A stretch of 64,000 nucleotides of DNA, taken from Candidatus Ozemobacteraceae bacterium (lineage in GTDB: Bacteria > Muiribacteriota > Ozemobacteria > Ozemobacterales > Ozemobacteraceae). The translations under genes and the position numbers were made by a program. The notes below the pieces were generated by a model that saw only the letters and a list, made by a program, of their open reading frames with translations, searched no databases and had not been told where the DNA came from. Positions 18,293 through 27,113 of this stretch are shown here, in pieces; position 1 is the first letter of the stretch, and every line of letters starts with the position of its first letter. The stretch covers positions 4,416,001 through 4,480,000 of the forward strand of contig OZ223236.1 in the NCBI GenBank assembly GCA_965140445.1, read 5' to 3'.

Positions 18293-19426
18293 ATGGATGT
18301 AAATTCACTTGAAAGCGCGCTGAAAAAAAAGAAACTAGATAAAAGAATTCTTATTTTTTCAGGCCCAGAGCTGTTTTTAAAAGAGCGAAATCTGGAAATA
18401 TTGGTAAATAGCTATATTCCTAAGGAAGATCGCTCAGAGAACTTCTCAAGACTAACTTGCAACTCAAAAAACTTTAATGAGATTACAGCTCAAATTTACA
18501 GCTTTTCATTTAATCCAAGCCCAAGAATTTTTTTACTCTCAAACTCTGAGTCTCTTAGCAGCAAAGCCAGAAAAGATTTTTTCGAAAAGCTAAACTCTAG
18601 TGGCGTTCCTCCAGATGTAATAATTGTCATTCAAACAGAAGACACCAAAACCAGCAAAGAACTTTCAGCAATATTCTCAAAAGATGCCGAAAAAGTGGAT
18701 TTTTGGCCTCCTTTTGAAAATGTGATTCCACAATGGATAAAAAAATTCGCATCAGAAAACAATTGTGAGATATCTCAAGATGCGACAAACCTTTTGCTTG
18801 AGCTTTGCGGCAACAACTTAAAAAACTTATCACAGGAAATCGCAAAACTAAGTCTTTCTGCGCCAAACAATAAAATCGACCTAACCATTGTCAAAACAGG
18901 AGTTGCCTCTTCACGGCAAGAAGATGCTTTTACAATGCTAGAAGCAACAGGATCTAGAAACGCTTCTGGAGCAATGGCAATAATTGAAACACTCTCTAAT
19001 CACGGCGAGCCAATTCCCAAACTATGGTTCATGCTTACAAAACAACTAAGAGAATTTAGACTTCTCCACGATCTAGTAATGGATCGCCAGGATCTGATGA
19101 AACCAATTGCCGAAAAATTTGAAAGTTTTTCCCGACTAAAGGGAAAAACAGACTACAAATCAAACATGGCCAGAAAAAAATTATCAGAGGACATAATCAA
19201 CATCTCAAATTCCTTTCCGCCATATATAGCCGAAAAATTAAGACTAAATACTACCAATCGAATCCAATCTGCCTGTCACGCTCTTAATTTTTCCAGAGCA
19301 GAGCTAATAAGTCTTTGGCCTAAAATCCTTGAAACAGACAAATTAATTAAATCTGGAATACAAGACCCAAAGCTTCGTTTACAAGCATTTGTAGCAGAGA
19401 ATATTGCAAAAAAACAATCTTCCTAA
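18293..19426 (+). CDS. holA: DNA polymerase III delta subunit
   Basis: FSGPELFLK, LLELCGNNL..LSQEIAKL, C-terminal TDKLIKSG. Convergent with rpsT, a common arrangement. Confidence 0.85.
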   Translation: MDVNSLESALKKKKLDKRILIFSGPELFLKERNLEILVNSYIPKEDRSENFSRLTCNSKNFNEITAQIYSFSFNPSPRIFLLSNSESLSSKARKDFFEKLNSSGVPPDVIIVIQTEDTKTSKELSAIFSKDAEKVDFWPPFENVIPQWIKKFASENNCEISQDATNLLLELCGNNLKNLSQEIAKLSLSAPNNKIDLTIVKTGVASSRQEDAFTMLEATGSRNASGAMAIIETLSNHGEPIPKLWFMLTKQLREFRLLHDLVMDRQDLMKPIAEKFESFSRLKGKTDYKSNMARKKLSEDIINISNSFPPYIAEKLRLNTTNRIQSACHALNFSRAELISLWPKILETDKLIKSGIQDPKLRLQAFVAENIAKKQSS

Positions 19427-19430
19427 AGCC

Positions 19431-19460
19431 ATAAACCGGAGAAAGCGTTGCTTTCCCCGG
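19431..19460 (-). terminator. Probable rpsT terminator (possibly bidirectional)
   Basis: Minus strand reads CCGGGGAAAGC-AAC-GCTTTCTCCGG-TTTAT. The G-U pair is viable only on the minus strand. Confidence 0.6.
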
Positions 19461-19511
19461 GTAAAGGCTAATTGAGCTTGTCAGACAATCAGAAAATCAG
19501 AAATCGTTAAA

Positions 19512-19787
19512 CTATTCCTGAGCTTGAAGTCTATTAACAGCTTTCATCAAGCGACTGATCTTTCTAGAAGCAGTTCTCTTGTGAATGTATTTATTAGAAG
19601 CAGCTTTCGCAAACTGTCTAACAGCCTGATTTGTAGCTTTAGCTACTTCTTCGGCGCCTACTTTTTCTTCAGCAGCCTTAATAGCTTTTTTGCGAAGAGT
19701 TTTCAGTTCAGATTTAGCCGAAACTCTAAGCTCGTGACGGCGAGCAGCTTTTCTTGCATTTTTTGCAGCTGACAGTGTATTAGCCAT
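19512..19787 (-). CDS. rpsT: 30S ribosomal protein S20
   Basis: MANTLSAAKNARK...KSELKT...IHKRTASRKISRL. GAAGGTGA RBS before ATG 19787. Confidence 0.95.
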   Translation of the reverse strand: MANTLSAAKNARKAARRHELRVSAKSELKTLRKKAIKAAEEKVGAEEVAKATNQAVRQFAKAASNKYIHKRTASRKISRLMKAVNRLQAQE

Positions 19788-19821
19788 AATATTCACCTTC
19801 CATATAAACTTTAGAGAAATA

Positions 19822-19850
19822 AGCATAGCACGACTTTAAAGAGATTTCAA
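19822..19850 (-). promoter_or_regulatory. Sigma70-type promoter of rpsT
   Basis: Minus strand reads TTGAAA-N17-TATGCT with a TG extended -10. Confidence 0.6.
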
Positions 19851-19954
19851 GCAAAATACTGTTTTTTTTCTTTGTTTAATTTCTTCTGAAATGTACTACC
19901 AGAACATTTCACGTGATTATATAGCTATTTTCGGCGGTACAAATAAAGGGCTCC

Positions 19955-19983
19955 TTGATTAAGCTTGTTAAAAGCTATATAAT
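19955..19983 (+). promoter_or_regulatory. Sigma70-type promoter of the GAF signalling operon
   Basis: TTGATT-N17-TATAAT, followed by a GGAG RBS and TTG at 20026. Confidence 0.7.
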
Positions 19984-20025
19984 TCTCTTCTGTATACAGT
20001 AGAAGTTAAAATATGGAGTAATACA

Positions 20026-22794
20026 TTGAGACTTGATTTTCTGGAAGCTCTTGAAACAGCACTTGAAACCCCTGGTTTTTTAGCATTAGAAGAGCTTAAC
20101 TACAATTTTTTGACAAAAATTAAAGGATTCTATGGACTTATTTTGCGTGCCTACAGTGGCTCCGTTTTAAGTCCATGGAAACTGCTTTACGAATCAGATC
20201 AATTTGAAAATGAAAAAGCAGTTACAGAATTTCTTGACCTCTCTTTGAACATGGGGATTAACGAAGACAACGAAGGCGATTTCTTCTGCCGAAACAAAAA
20301 AACCGGGCACGTTTTTTTTATCAGCCCGTACATGAGAAAGAATTATCATCTCGGAGAAATTATTTTAATCATAGACGGGAGCTGCGAAAATTATCTTGAA
20401 TGGCAAAGATTTGCAGACCACCTTGGACGAATAATTTTTTCAAATTACGACTTTCCGGCAAGCTTGACCCCAGAAACGAGGAAAGAGTCAGAAAAGGCTC
20501 TTTCATTCATTAGAAATATTCAATTACTTTTAAATCACTCCAGAAACATTGACGCTCTGCCACCTGGCAACGAGCAATATCAGGGAAAAAAATGGCATCA
20601 AGAAGATTCGTCATATATGCTGAAGTTTCTTGATAAATTTCAAACTGAGTTCGATTTGCATTCAGTCTTTACCATACAAAAATCTGCTCCAGGCTACATG
20701 AACCTATTTATTTCATCTTCAATTAGCGAAGAAGAAGTCGTTCCAGAAGAGGTAAGAGAGATGATAGACATCACCTTGAGCCACGAAGGGAACCTTAAAA
20801 ACACAATTCTTAATGAAACCTTGATTAAATCTGGGAAAAAAGGGTTTTCCACAGAAAGCTTAGAGCCACTTGTTTTTTCCTGCCAGGCTGGCGGTGAAGC
20901 TTTCGGACATCTGGGCTTCTTCAGTCATGCCAATCATCCTCTTCGACATATCCATCATCAATCAAAATTGCTTCCAATGCTTGCCAATCATTTGGGATTT
21001 TACTTCAGCCACTTTTTTCAGCTGCGAAAAGAAGCGATTAATGGAAGAATGCTTCAACAGATAAATCAAACATGTAATTTAGTAAATTCTTCCGTGGATA
21101 TTGGCGCAATAGTTTTCAGTTTGGCAGAAAGCCTAAAAACTCTCTTTGGACAGAAATCTGGTGCAATTTTAATTTACTCAAATGATGATAACAGCCTTGA
21201 GGTTACAAATTATCTAGAAGGGGACATCCCTGAAGGATTTAATGTAAGTCATGAAGCTGCTAACAACCAACATATAATTGATGCCATCTCAGATGGAACT
21301 GTTTTTGACAATTCAGATAAGCAGTTTAATTTTCCTGTCAGATATGTTTTGCCACTCGCATTCACTCCCCAGGCTGCGGTTCTTGGAGCAGATTGCTGTG
21401 CTAAAAGAGCGCTAGGAGGAGTTATTCTATTTGAATCTGAGTTAAACAAGCCTCTGACTTCCGATGGAAAAGATAAACTTATACAAATTCTTCTAAACGG
21501 CATAAGCGCATCGCTGCAGATGGCATTTAATTACCACGAAAAAATCGAAACAATCAGAGCCTTAGAAGGCTTAATGGAAAGACTTTCAAACACCGATGCG
21601 CTTTTGGATGAAATGATCCTGATTATTCGCCACCTTCTAAAAGTGAACAGAATCTCTTTCCTGACTCTGGATGAAAAGGGCGAGAACTTATTTATAAAAA
21701 AAGGATTTGGACTTCCTCCAGGAATTTTAGAAAAAACGAGTATTCCTATCGGCGAAGAGATTTCAGGTTTCGTTGCTCAACAAGGCCGATCATACCGTCT
21801 CGACAACATTGAGTCAGAAGGTTTTTTCAAAAAAAGATCTCAAGAACAGTATTTGAACAGGTCCTTACTATCTGTTCCACTAATTAGCAAAGGTTCTGGA
21901 AATAAGAAAAGTGTCATTGGGGTAATAAATGTAAACAATAAAACCAATGGATTAACTTTTACAGCCCAAGATCAAACCCTTTTAGAATCAATTGCCCACT
22001 TAGTTGTCACTGCAATGGAAAATGTCCGACTAATGGAAAAGGAACACGAAAAGAAGCTTCTTGATCGCCAGTTGCAGGATGCAAAAGATATTCAAATGTC
22101 TTTGCTGCCCAAAAGCTTTTCTGGTCTGCCCCCCACGCTTGAAGTTTATGGGATCAGCATTCCAGCAAGACAGATCGGTGGAGACTTCTTTGATATTTTG
22201 CCCCTTGACAGCGGCGAGATATTAATAGCTCTTGGTGATGTCTCAGGAAAAGGAATGCCAGCAGCAATCCTGATGGCTGTTTCTCGCATGATTCTCAGAT
22301 CTGTAGTTCAAGACACCACTTGTCCAATTGCAATACTGGAAAAGGTAAATGAAAAACTTTCCAAGGAACTGGACGACTATCATTTTGTAACTTTACAGAT
22401 CGTAGCTATAAATCCTCAAACAGGAGAAGCAAAAATGGCTTCTGCCGGGCATGGACCTTTAATGGCCAGGCTTTCAGGTGAAATAGCTGCATTAGAAACT
22501 AAAGGCGGCCCACCACTTGGTATTCCAAGCCTTCCCGGCATGTATGATGAGAAAAAGTTTAAAATGACAGGCGATGATGTCATTCTTCTATACACAGATG
22601 GCTTATCTGAAGAACACTCTAAAACAGGCGAAATGTTTGGAAACGACAGAATAGCAAAAATTTTGTTATCACACACTCAGTCAGACTCCAAAGAACTGGT
22701 AGAAACTTTGACATCAGCAGCGATTAATTGGCGAGCTGGAAAAGAAGCACATGATGATCTCACAGTTCTGACGCTGAAATTCAAAGGAAACTAG
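20026..22794 (+). CDS. GAF-domain SpoIIE/RsbU-type PP2C phosphatase
   Basis: GAF (GEEISGFVA...SLLSVPL...IGVINVNNK...FTAQD). PP2C motifs GGDFFD, GDVSGKG, AGHGP, YTDGL, HDDLT. Confidence 0.92.
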   Translation: MRLDFLEALETALETPGFLALEELNYNFLTKIKGFYGLILRAYSGSVLSPWKLLYESDQFENEKAVTEFLDLSLNMGINEDNEGDFFCRNKKTGHVFFISPYMRKNYHLGEIILIIDGSCENYLEWQRFADHLGRIIFSNYDFPASLTPETRKESEKALSFIRNIQLLLNHSRNIDALPPGNEQYQGKKWHQEDSSYMLKFLDKFQTEFDLHSVFTIQKSAPGYMNLFISSSISEEEVVPEEVREMIDITLSHEGNLKNTILNETLIKSGKKGFSTESLEPLVFSCQAGGEAFGHLGFFSHANHPLRHIHHQSKLLPMLANHLGFYFSHFFQLRKEAINGRMLQQINQTCNLVNSSVDIGAIVFSLAESLKTLFGQKSGAILIYSNDDNSLEVTNYLEGDIPEGFNVSHEAANNQHIIDAISDGTVFDNSDKQFNFPVRYVLPLAFTPQAAVLGADCCAKRALGGVILFESELNKPLTSDGKDKLIQILLNGISASLQMAFNYHEKIETIRALEGLMERLSNTDALLDEMILIIRHLLKVNRISFLTLDEKGENLFIKKGFGLPPGILEKTSIPIGEEISGFVAQQGRSYRLDNIESEGFFKKRSQEQYLNRSLLSVPLISKGSGNKKSVIGVINVNNKTNGLTFTAQDQTLLESIAHLVVTAMENVRLMEKEHEKKLLDRQLQDAKDIQMSLLPKSFSGLPPTLEVYGISIPARQIGGDFFDILPLDSGEILIALGDVSGKGMPAAILMAVSRMILRSVVQDTTCPIAILEKVNEKLSKELDDYHFVTLQIVAINPQTGEAKMASAGHGPLMARLSGEIAALETKGGPPLGIPSLPGMYDEKKFKMTGDDVILLYTDGLSEEHSKTGEMFGNDRIAKILLSHTQSDSKELVETLTSAAINWRAGKEAHDDLTVLTLKFKGN

Positions 22795-22799
22795 CAACA

Positions 22800-24920
22800 A
22801 TGCTCAGCAAAGAAGCACAAAAAATACTACAGTTCCACGCAAAATTAGCAGCGAAATCTGCAAATACCGTAGATTTGCACAAACTTCTGGAATCTATCAA
22901 TAAAGAAGTTCTTGAGTTTATAAACGCTAGCTCGGGTTCTATTATGATTCATAACCCAGAAGAAAAATGCCTTCAGTTATATGTATCTTCCAGTCACCCA
23001 ATCCATGGACAACAATTTAAAGATGGCCCTGTTGCAAGAATTCCAATAGGAAAAGGCGTTGCAGGTGAAGTCTTTACATCTGGAAAACCTGTAATTGTGT
23101 CGAAAGCCTCTGATTTGAAAGATTCAACAAAGCTTAAGAGAAAAGGTGATCCTGGATCTTTTTTATCAATGCCACTGAAAATTAATCGTAGAACCATTGG
23201 AGTGCTAAATCTTAACCGGGTTCCAGAACAACCCGCTTTTAGCAACGATGACCTGAAAAGGCTTAAAACAGTAGACACGCTTATTGCCAGCTTAATTGAA
23301 AAAGAAAGCTTTTTAAATACAATAAATCAAAATAAAACAGAGATTGAGGGCTTGTATTCTTTATCCTGCATTCTTTCTGATTCTTCCAACTTTCAAAAAA
23401 GTCTTAACAACTTTTTAAAAGAACTTGGTAAGCTTCTAAAGCTTGAGCGCTCAGCAATCATTCAACTATCATCCTCGTCAGCGCCCACCTTTAGCCTAGA
23501 CCAGATAAAAGATGGATTTAATATTCTGGCAGCAAAACATATCAGCTCTAACCAGATTCAGCAAATTTTTAAATCGGTTTCTGCTCGCTTGAAACACCAG
23601 TTATTATCCAGTTTAAGCGAATCAGGGGAAAATCCATTTAACAAAGAGCCTCTCACTCTTGCTTTTGATGAAAATGGTGAACCAAGAGAATTATTCTGCA
23701 TTCCTTTAATGGTTGATGGTAAACCATCTCATATGCTCCTTGTGAGTAGAAAATACCAAAAAGAAGATTTAGAAGACGCACCAAGACATTACAGATTCCT
23801 CTATCTTGTATCTCAAAATCTTGGAATGGCCCTGGAAAGAGAAGAGATGATTCAGAGAATCAAAGAAGATCAGGAAATGCTGTTGGAAAATGCCACCAGA
23901 AACAGAGTTTTTCTTGAGATAAGCAAAGATCTAACCTCGACTCTTGATCCATACGTGATTTTGCAAAAAGCTTTTAATCAATTCAGACACATAATCTCAT
24001 TTTCATCAATTTCAATTTTACTTTTTGATGACCTCGATAATACTTACAGGTTGATTATTCAACCTGAATACCCAATATCCAATCAGTATAAAAAAGCTTT
24101 GGTTGATGAAATACAATATGTTTTCTCAGAATTTCCAGCTGAGCCAGGCTTATCTGATGAGAATCTAAATAAACCAGTGGTCTTTAAGCCACAAGTTCCA
24201 AATGCCAAAGCGCTTAAAGAATTTAAACAAACCCTTAACCTGCCAATCATATTAGGCGATAAGGTTTCGGGATTGATTCATCTGGCAAAACAAGACTCTG
24301 AACCATTTACACGACATGAACTAGACATTACATCTCAATTTACGGGCATTTTTATCACCAGTATAAAAAATGCCCTGATCCATAAAAGAACGGAAAAGCT
24401 TGCTTTTACAGATCCGCTCACGGAGTTGTTTAACCACAGATATTTTCAGGAAACATTAAATCAGGAATTTGTGAGAGCAAAACGTTATAGCAAACCCTTA
24501 TCTTTGATGGTTATTGATATTGATTTCTTTAAAAAATTTAATGATACATATGGTCACCTGGTAGGTGACAAGGTATTGCGACATGTTGCAAAAATATTTC
24601 AGCATTCTGTCCGAGAACAAATCGATACAGTCGCAAGGTATGGAGGAGAAGAATTTGGAGTAATTCTTCCAGAAACCCCGCTAAAGGGTGCTGTTCTTTT
24701 CGCAGAAAGAATCAGGGAAGCAGTAGAATCATCAAAAATCCCTCATGAAGGAAAAGAACTTTCTGTAACTCTGTCCATAGGGGTCTCCTGCACAGAAGTT
24801 ACAGATTGTCACAAAACCTCTGACCTTGTTGAATCCGCCGACATTGCACTATATTCAGCAAAAGATGGTGGTCGAAATCAAGTTAAACCATATACTGAAA
24901 GCAGAGTAAAAAATGCCTGA
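22800..24920 (+). CDS. Multi-GAF diguanylate cyclase
   Basis: TDPLTELFNHR, IDIDFFKKFNDTYGHLVGD, RYGGEEF, ADIALYSAKDGGRN. Confidence 0.94.
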   Translation: MLSKEAQKILQFHAKLAAKSANTVDLHKLLESINKEVLEFINASSGSIMIHNPEEKCLQLYVSSSHPIHGQQFKDGPVARIPIGKGVAGEVFTSGKPVIVSKASDLKDSTKLKRKGDPGSFLSMPLKINRRTIGVLNLNRVPEQPAFSNDDLKRLKTVDTLIASLIEKESFLNTINQNKTEIEGLYSLSCILSDSSNFQKSLNNFLKELGKLLKLERSAIIQLSSSSAPTFSLDQIKDGFNILAAKHISSNQIQQIFKSVSARLKHQLLSSLSESGENPFNKEPLTLAFDENGEPRELFCIPLMVDGKPSHMLLVSRKYQKEDLEDAPRHYRFLYLVSQNLGMALEREEMIQRIKEDQEMLLENATRNRVFLEISKDLTSTLDPYVILQKAFNQFRHIISFSSISILLFDDLDNTYRLIIQPEYPISNQYKKALVDEIQYVFSEFPAEPGLSDENLNKPVVFKPQVPNAKALKEFKQTLNLPIILGDKVSGLIHLAKQDSEPFTRHELDITSQFTGIFITSIKNALIHKRTEKLAFTDPLTELFNHRYFQETLNQEFVRAKRYSKPLSLMVIDIDFFKKFNDTYGHLVGDKVLRHVAKIFQHSVREQIDTVARYGGEEFGVILPETPLKGAVLFAERIREAVESSKIPHEGKELSVTLSIGVSCTEVTDCHKTSDLVESADIALYSAKDGGRNQVKPYTESRVKNA

Positions 24921-27111
24921 TAAAAAAAGAATAAACACCACACAAAAAACATTTGAGCGTTTAAACCGACTCTCAGATATTTCAATGGCTTTATCTTCAG
25001 GTCTGGAGTTGAAAGAACTTTTACAGACATTTTGCTCTAAAGTTAGAGATGCTTTAGGTGCAGATGAAGTTTATTTTATGCTCTTAGAAAGGCACAGCTT
25101 TGTTCTAGAACTTGAAGCCTCCAGTGGGAAAAATAGAAAAAGACCAAAAAAGATCCCTTGCCCTGATCGCAGAACAATCCTTAGCTCTGATGAAGAGTTT
25201 GGATTCCCACCATGCCCATTAGAAGGTGAAGCAATTATAGAAAATGAAAAATTAAAAGGCGAAGCCCTTTTGATGCAAACAGCATTTACTTCACGTCAAA
25301 GACTTATGTTTACTGAAAAAATGTCTGACAGTCTTTTCAAAGACTCTCCATTCAAATCAGCAATAATTATTCCTCTCACAACAAACACACAGGCAGTTGG
25401 ACTACTTTCAATTGCCAACATTACCAAAAAAGCTCCATTTAATGTTAACGACCTTGAAGAAGCCACAGTCTTTGCCAATCTGGCCGCCATGGCAATAGAA
25501 CACATAAAACTCGTTGAAGAACGAGAAAGCCGTATCCATGAAATGGAAAAGCTAAATGTTCTGGCAAAAAGATTCTCTTCCGTACAAACCCTGGAAGGCT
25601 TAATAGGTCTATCATTCGAATATCTCTCGCAACTAATTCCTCACGATCTTGGAGTTGTGTGTCTCTTTAAATCAGGAGAAGAAACTCGTTACTTTGTTTC
25701 CAGACTGCCCCTATCACCTGGGAGCCTTGAGAGATTAACTACCCACATAAATGACATCAGCATGAAAATCAAGGGAAAAAGTCCAACCATGATTCGCTGC
25801 CAACAGCTGTTTCTTCCAGGGCAAAAAACCATAAATATGGACAAAATGTTGAGAAGGAAAATGAATTCTTTTTTAACAGTTCCACTTACGGTTCAAGGCA
25901 AAACAATTGGCCTGATTAATCTATCTTCGACGCAGAAAAAAGCCTTTAACAGAGAGCACTTAAGAACTTTTACAACTCTTTCAAATCTTTTGGCAACTGC
26001 GATTGAAAATGTCAAAATCAGACTGTATCTGGAAAGACGAATAGATGAAATTTCTGTATTATTTGAAATTTCGCAGGCAATAACCTCTACGCTTGTTTTG
26101 GATGAAGTTCTTGATTCTATAGTTAACTTCTCCATGGAGATGATGAATGCCTTGCGTTGTGAGCTGCGCTTGCTTAATGATTCAAAAGAATTCCTTGAAG
26201 TTAGAGCCTCGCGCGGGTTGTCTAAATCATTCTTGTCTTCAACTGCCATAAAGGTTGGAGAGGGAATTATTGGCAACTGTTTTTCAGAAAGATTGCCTGT
26301 TTCAGTAATAGATGCAAGAAAAGATCCTAGAACAAAATACACACACATGGTTAAAAGGGAAAAGCTTGCAGGCCTTCTGGCTGTACCCATTATGCAGCGA
26401 GGCAAGCCAATCGGTGTTATTACAGTTTATACAAGCAAGCCGAGAGATTTTTCACAGGATGAGATTGATCTGCTTTCAACTTTTGCTTCGCAGGCGAGCA
26501 TTTCAATTGAAAATGCACAGCTTTATGCAGATATGAAAGACCAATACCTTTCTATGGTGAAAGCTCTTGCAGCAGCAATAGAAGCCAAAGATTCCTATAC
26601 TCACGGGCATAGCACGCAAGTCATGGAATATGCTGTTAAAGTAAGCAAAGAACTGGGCCTTAGCGAAGAAGAAATTGAAACAATCCGATATGCAGGCCTT
26701 CTACACGACATAGGAAAAATTGGCATAAAAGATGTCATTCTAACCAAGCAGGGAAAACTGACAGACGAAGAATTGGCAGAACTACACCGCCACCCCGAAT
26801 ACGGCGCAACAATTATGCAACAGGTAGATATACTTAAAGACATTGCTCCGTTAACCCTTTATCACCACGAAAGATACGATGGAAAAGGTTATCCTCTTGG
26901 GTTAAAAGGGGATCAAATCCCCATTGGCGCAAGAATTCTGGCGGTAGCTGACACTTATGATGCAATGATCGCTGACAGACCATATAGAAAAGCTTTTCCT
27001 TTTTCATACGTTGTATCTGAAATGAAAAAAGCGGCCGGAACTCAACTTGATCCTGAAATAGTTAGAATTTTCTTTGAAATAATAAAAAAAGAAGAGCAGG
27101 GAAAATCTTAA
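24913..27111 (+). CDS. Multi-GAF HD-GYP cyclic dinucleotide phosphodiesterase
   Basis: Three GAF-like segments. EAKDSYTHGHS, LLHDIGK, HHERYDGKGYP, ADTYDAM, RPYRK. Confidence 0.94.
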   Translation: MPDKKRINTTQKTFERLNRLSDISMALSSGLELKELLQTFCSKVRDALGADEVYFMLLERHSFVLELEASSGKNRKRPKKIPCPDRRTILSSDEEFGFPPCPLEGEAIIENEKLKGEALLMQTAFTSRQRLMFTEKMSDSLFKDSPFKSAIIIPLTTNTQAVGLLSIANITKKAPFNVNDLEEATVFANLAAMAIEHIKLVEERESRIHEMEKLNVLAKRFSSVQTLEGLIGLSFEYLSQLIPHDLGVVCLFKSGEETRYFVSRLPLSPGSLERLTTHINDISMKIKGKSPTMIRCQQLFLPGQKTINMDKMLRRKMNSFLTVPLTVQGKTIGLINLSSTQKKAFNREHLRTFTTLSNLLATAIENVKIRLYLERRIDEISVLFEISQAITSTLVLDEVLDSIVNFSMEMMNALRCELRLLNDSKEFLEVRASRGLSKSFLSSTAIKVGEGIIGNCFSERLPVSVIDARKDPRTKYTHMVKREKLAGLLAVPIMQRGKPIGVITVYTSKPRDFSQDEIDLLSTFASQASISIENAQLYADMKDQYLSMVKALAAAIEAKDSYTHGHSTQVMEYAVKVSKELGLSEEEIETIRYAGLLHDIGKIGIKDVILTKQGKLTDEELAELHRHPEYGATIMQQVDILKDIAPLTLYHHERYDGKGYPLGLKGDQIPIGARILAVADTYDAMIADRPYRKAFPFSYVVSEMKKAAGTQLDPEIVRIFFEIIKKEEQGKS

Positions 27112-27113
27112 AA

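Noticed and set aside
19905..19920. parS-like core TTTCACGTGA upstream of rpsT
   Set aside because: Only 10 of 16 positions match TGTTTCACGTGAAACA, the flanks break the palindrome, and it is a single copy.
24520..24570. Possible Hypr (cGAMP-making) GGDEF enzyme
   Set aside because: The specificity position is the canonical Asp (GHLVGD), not Ser.
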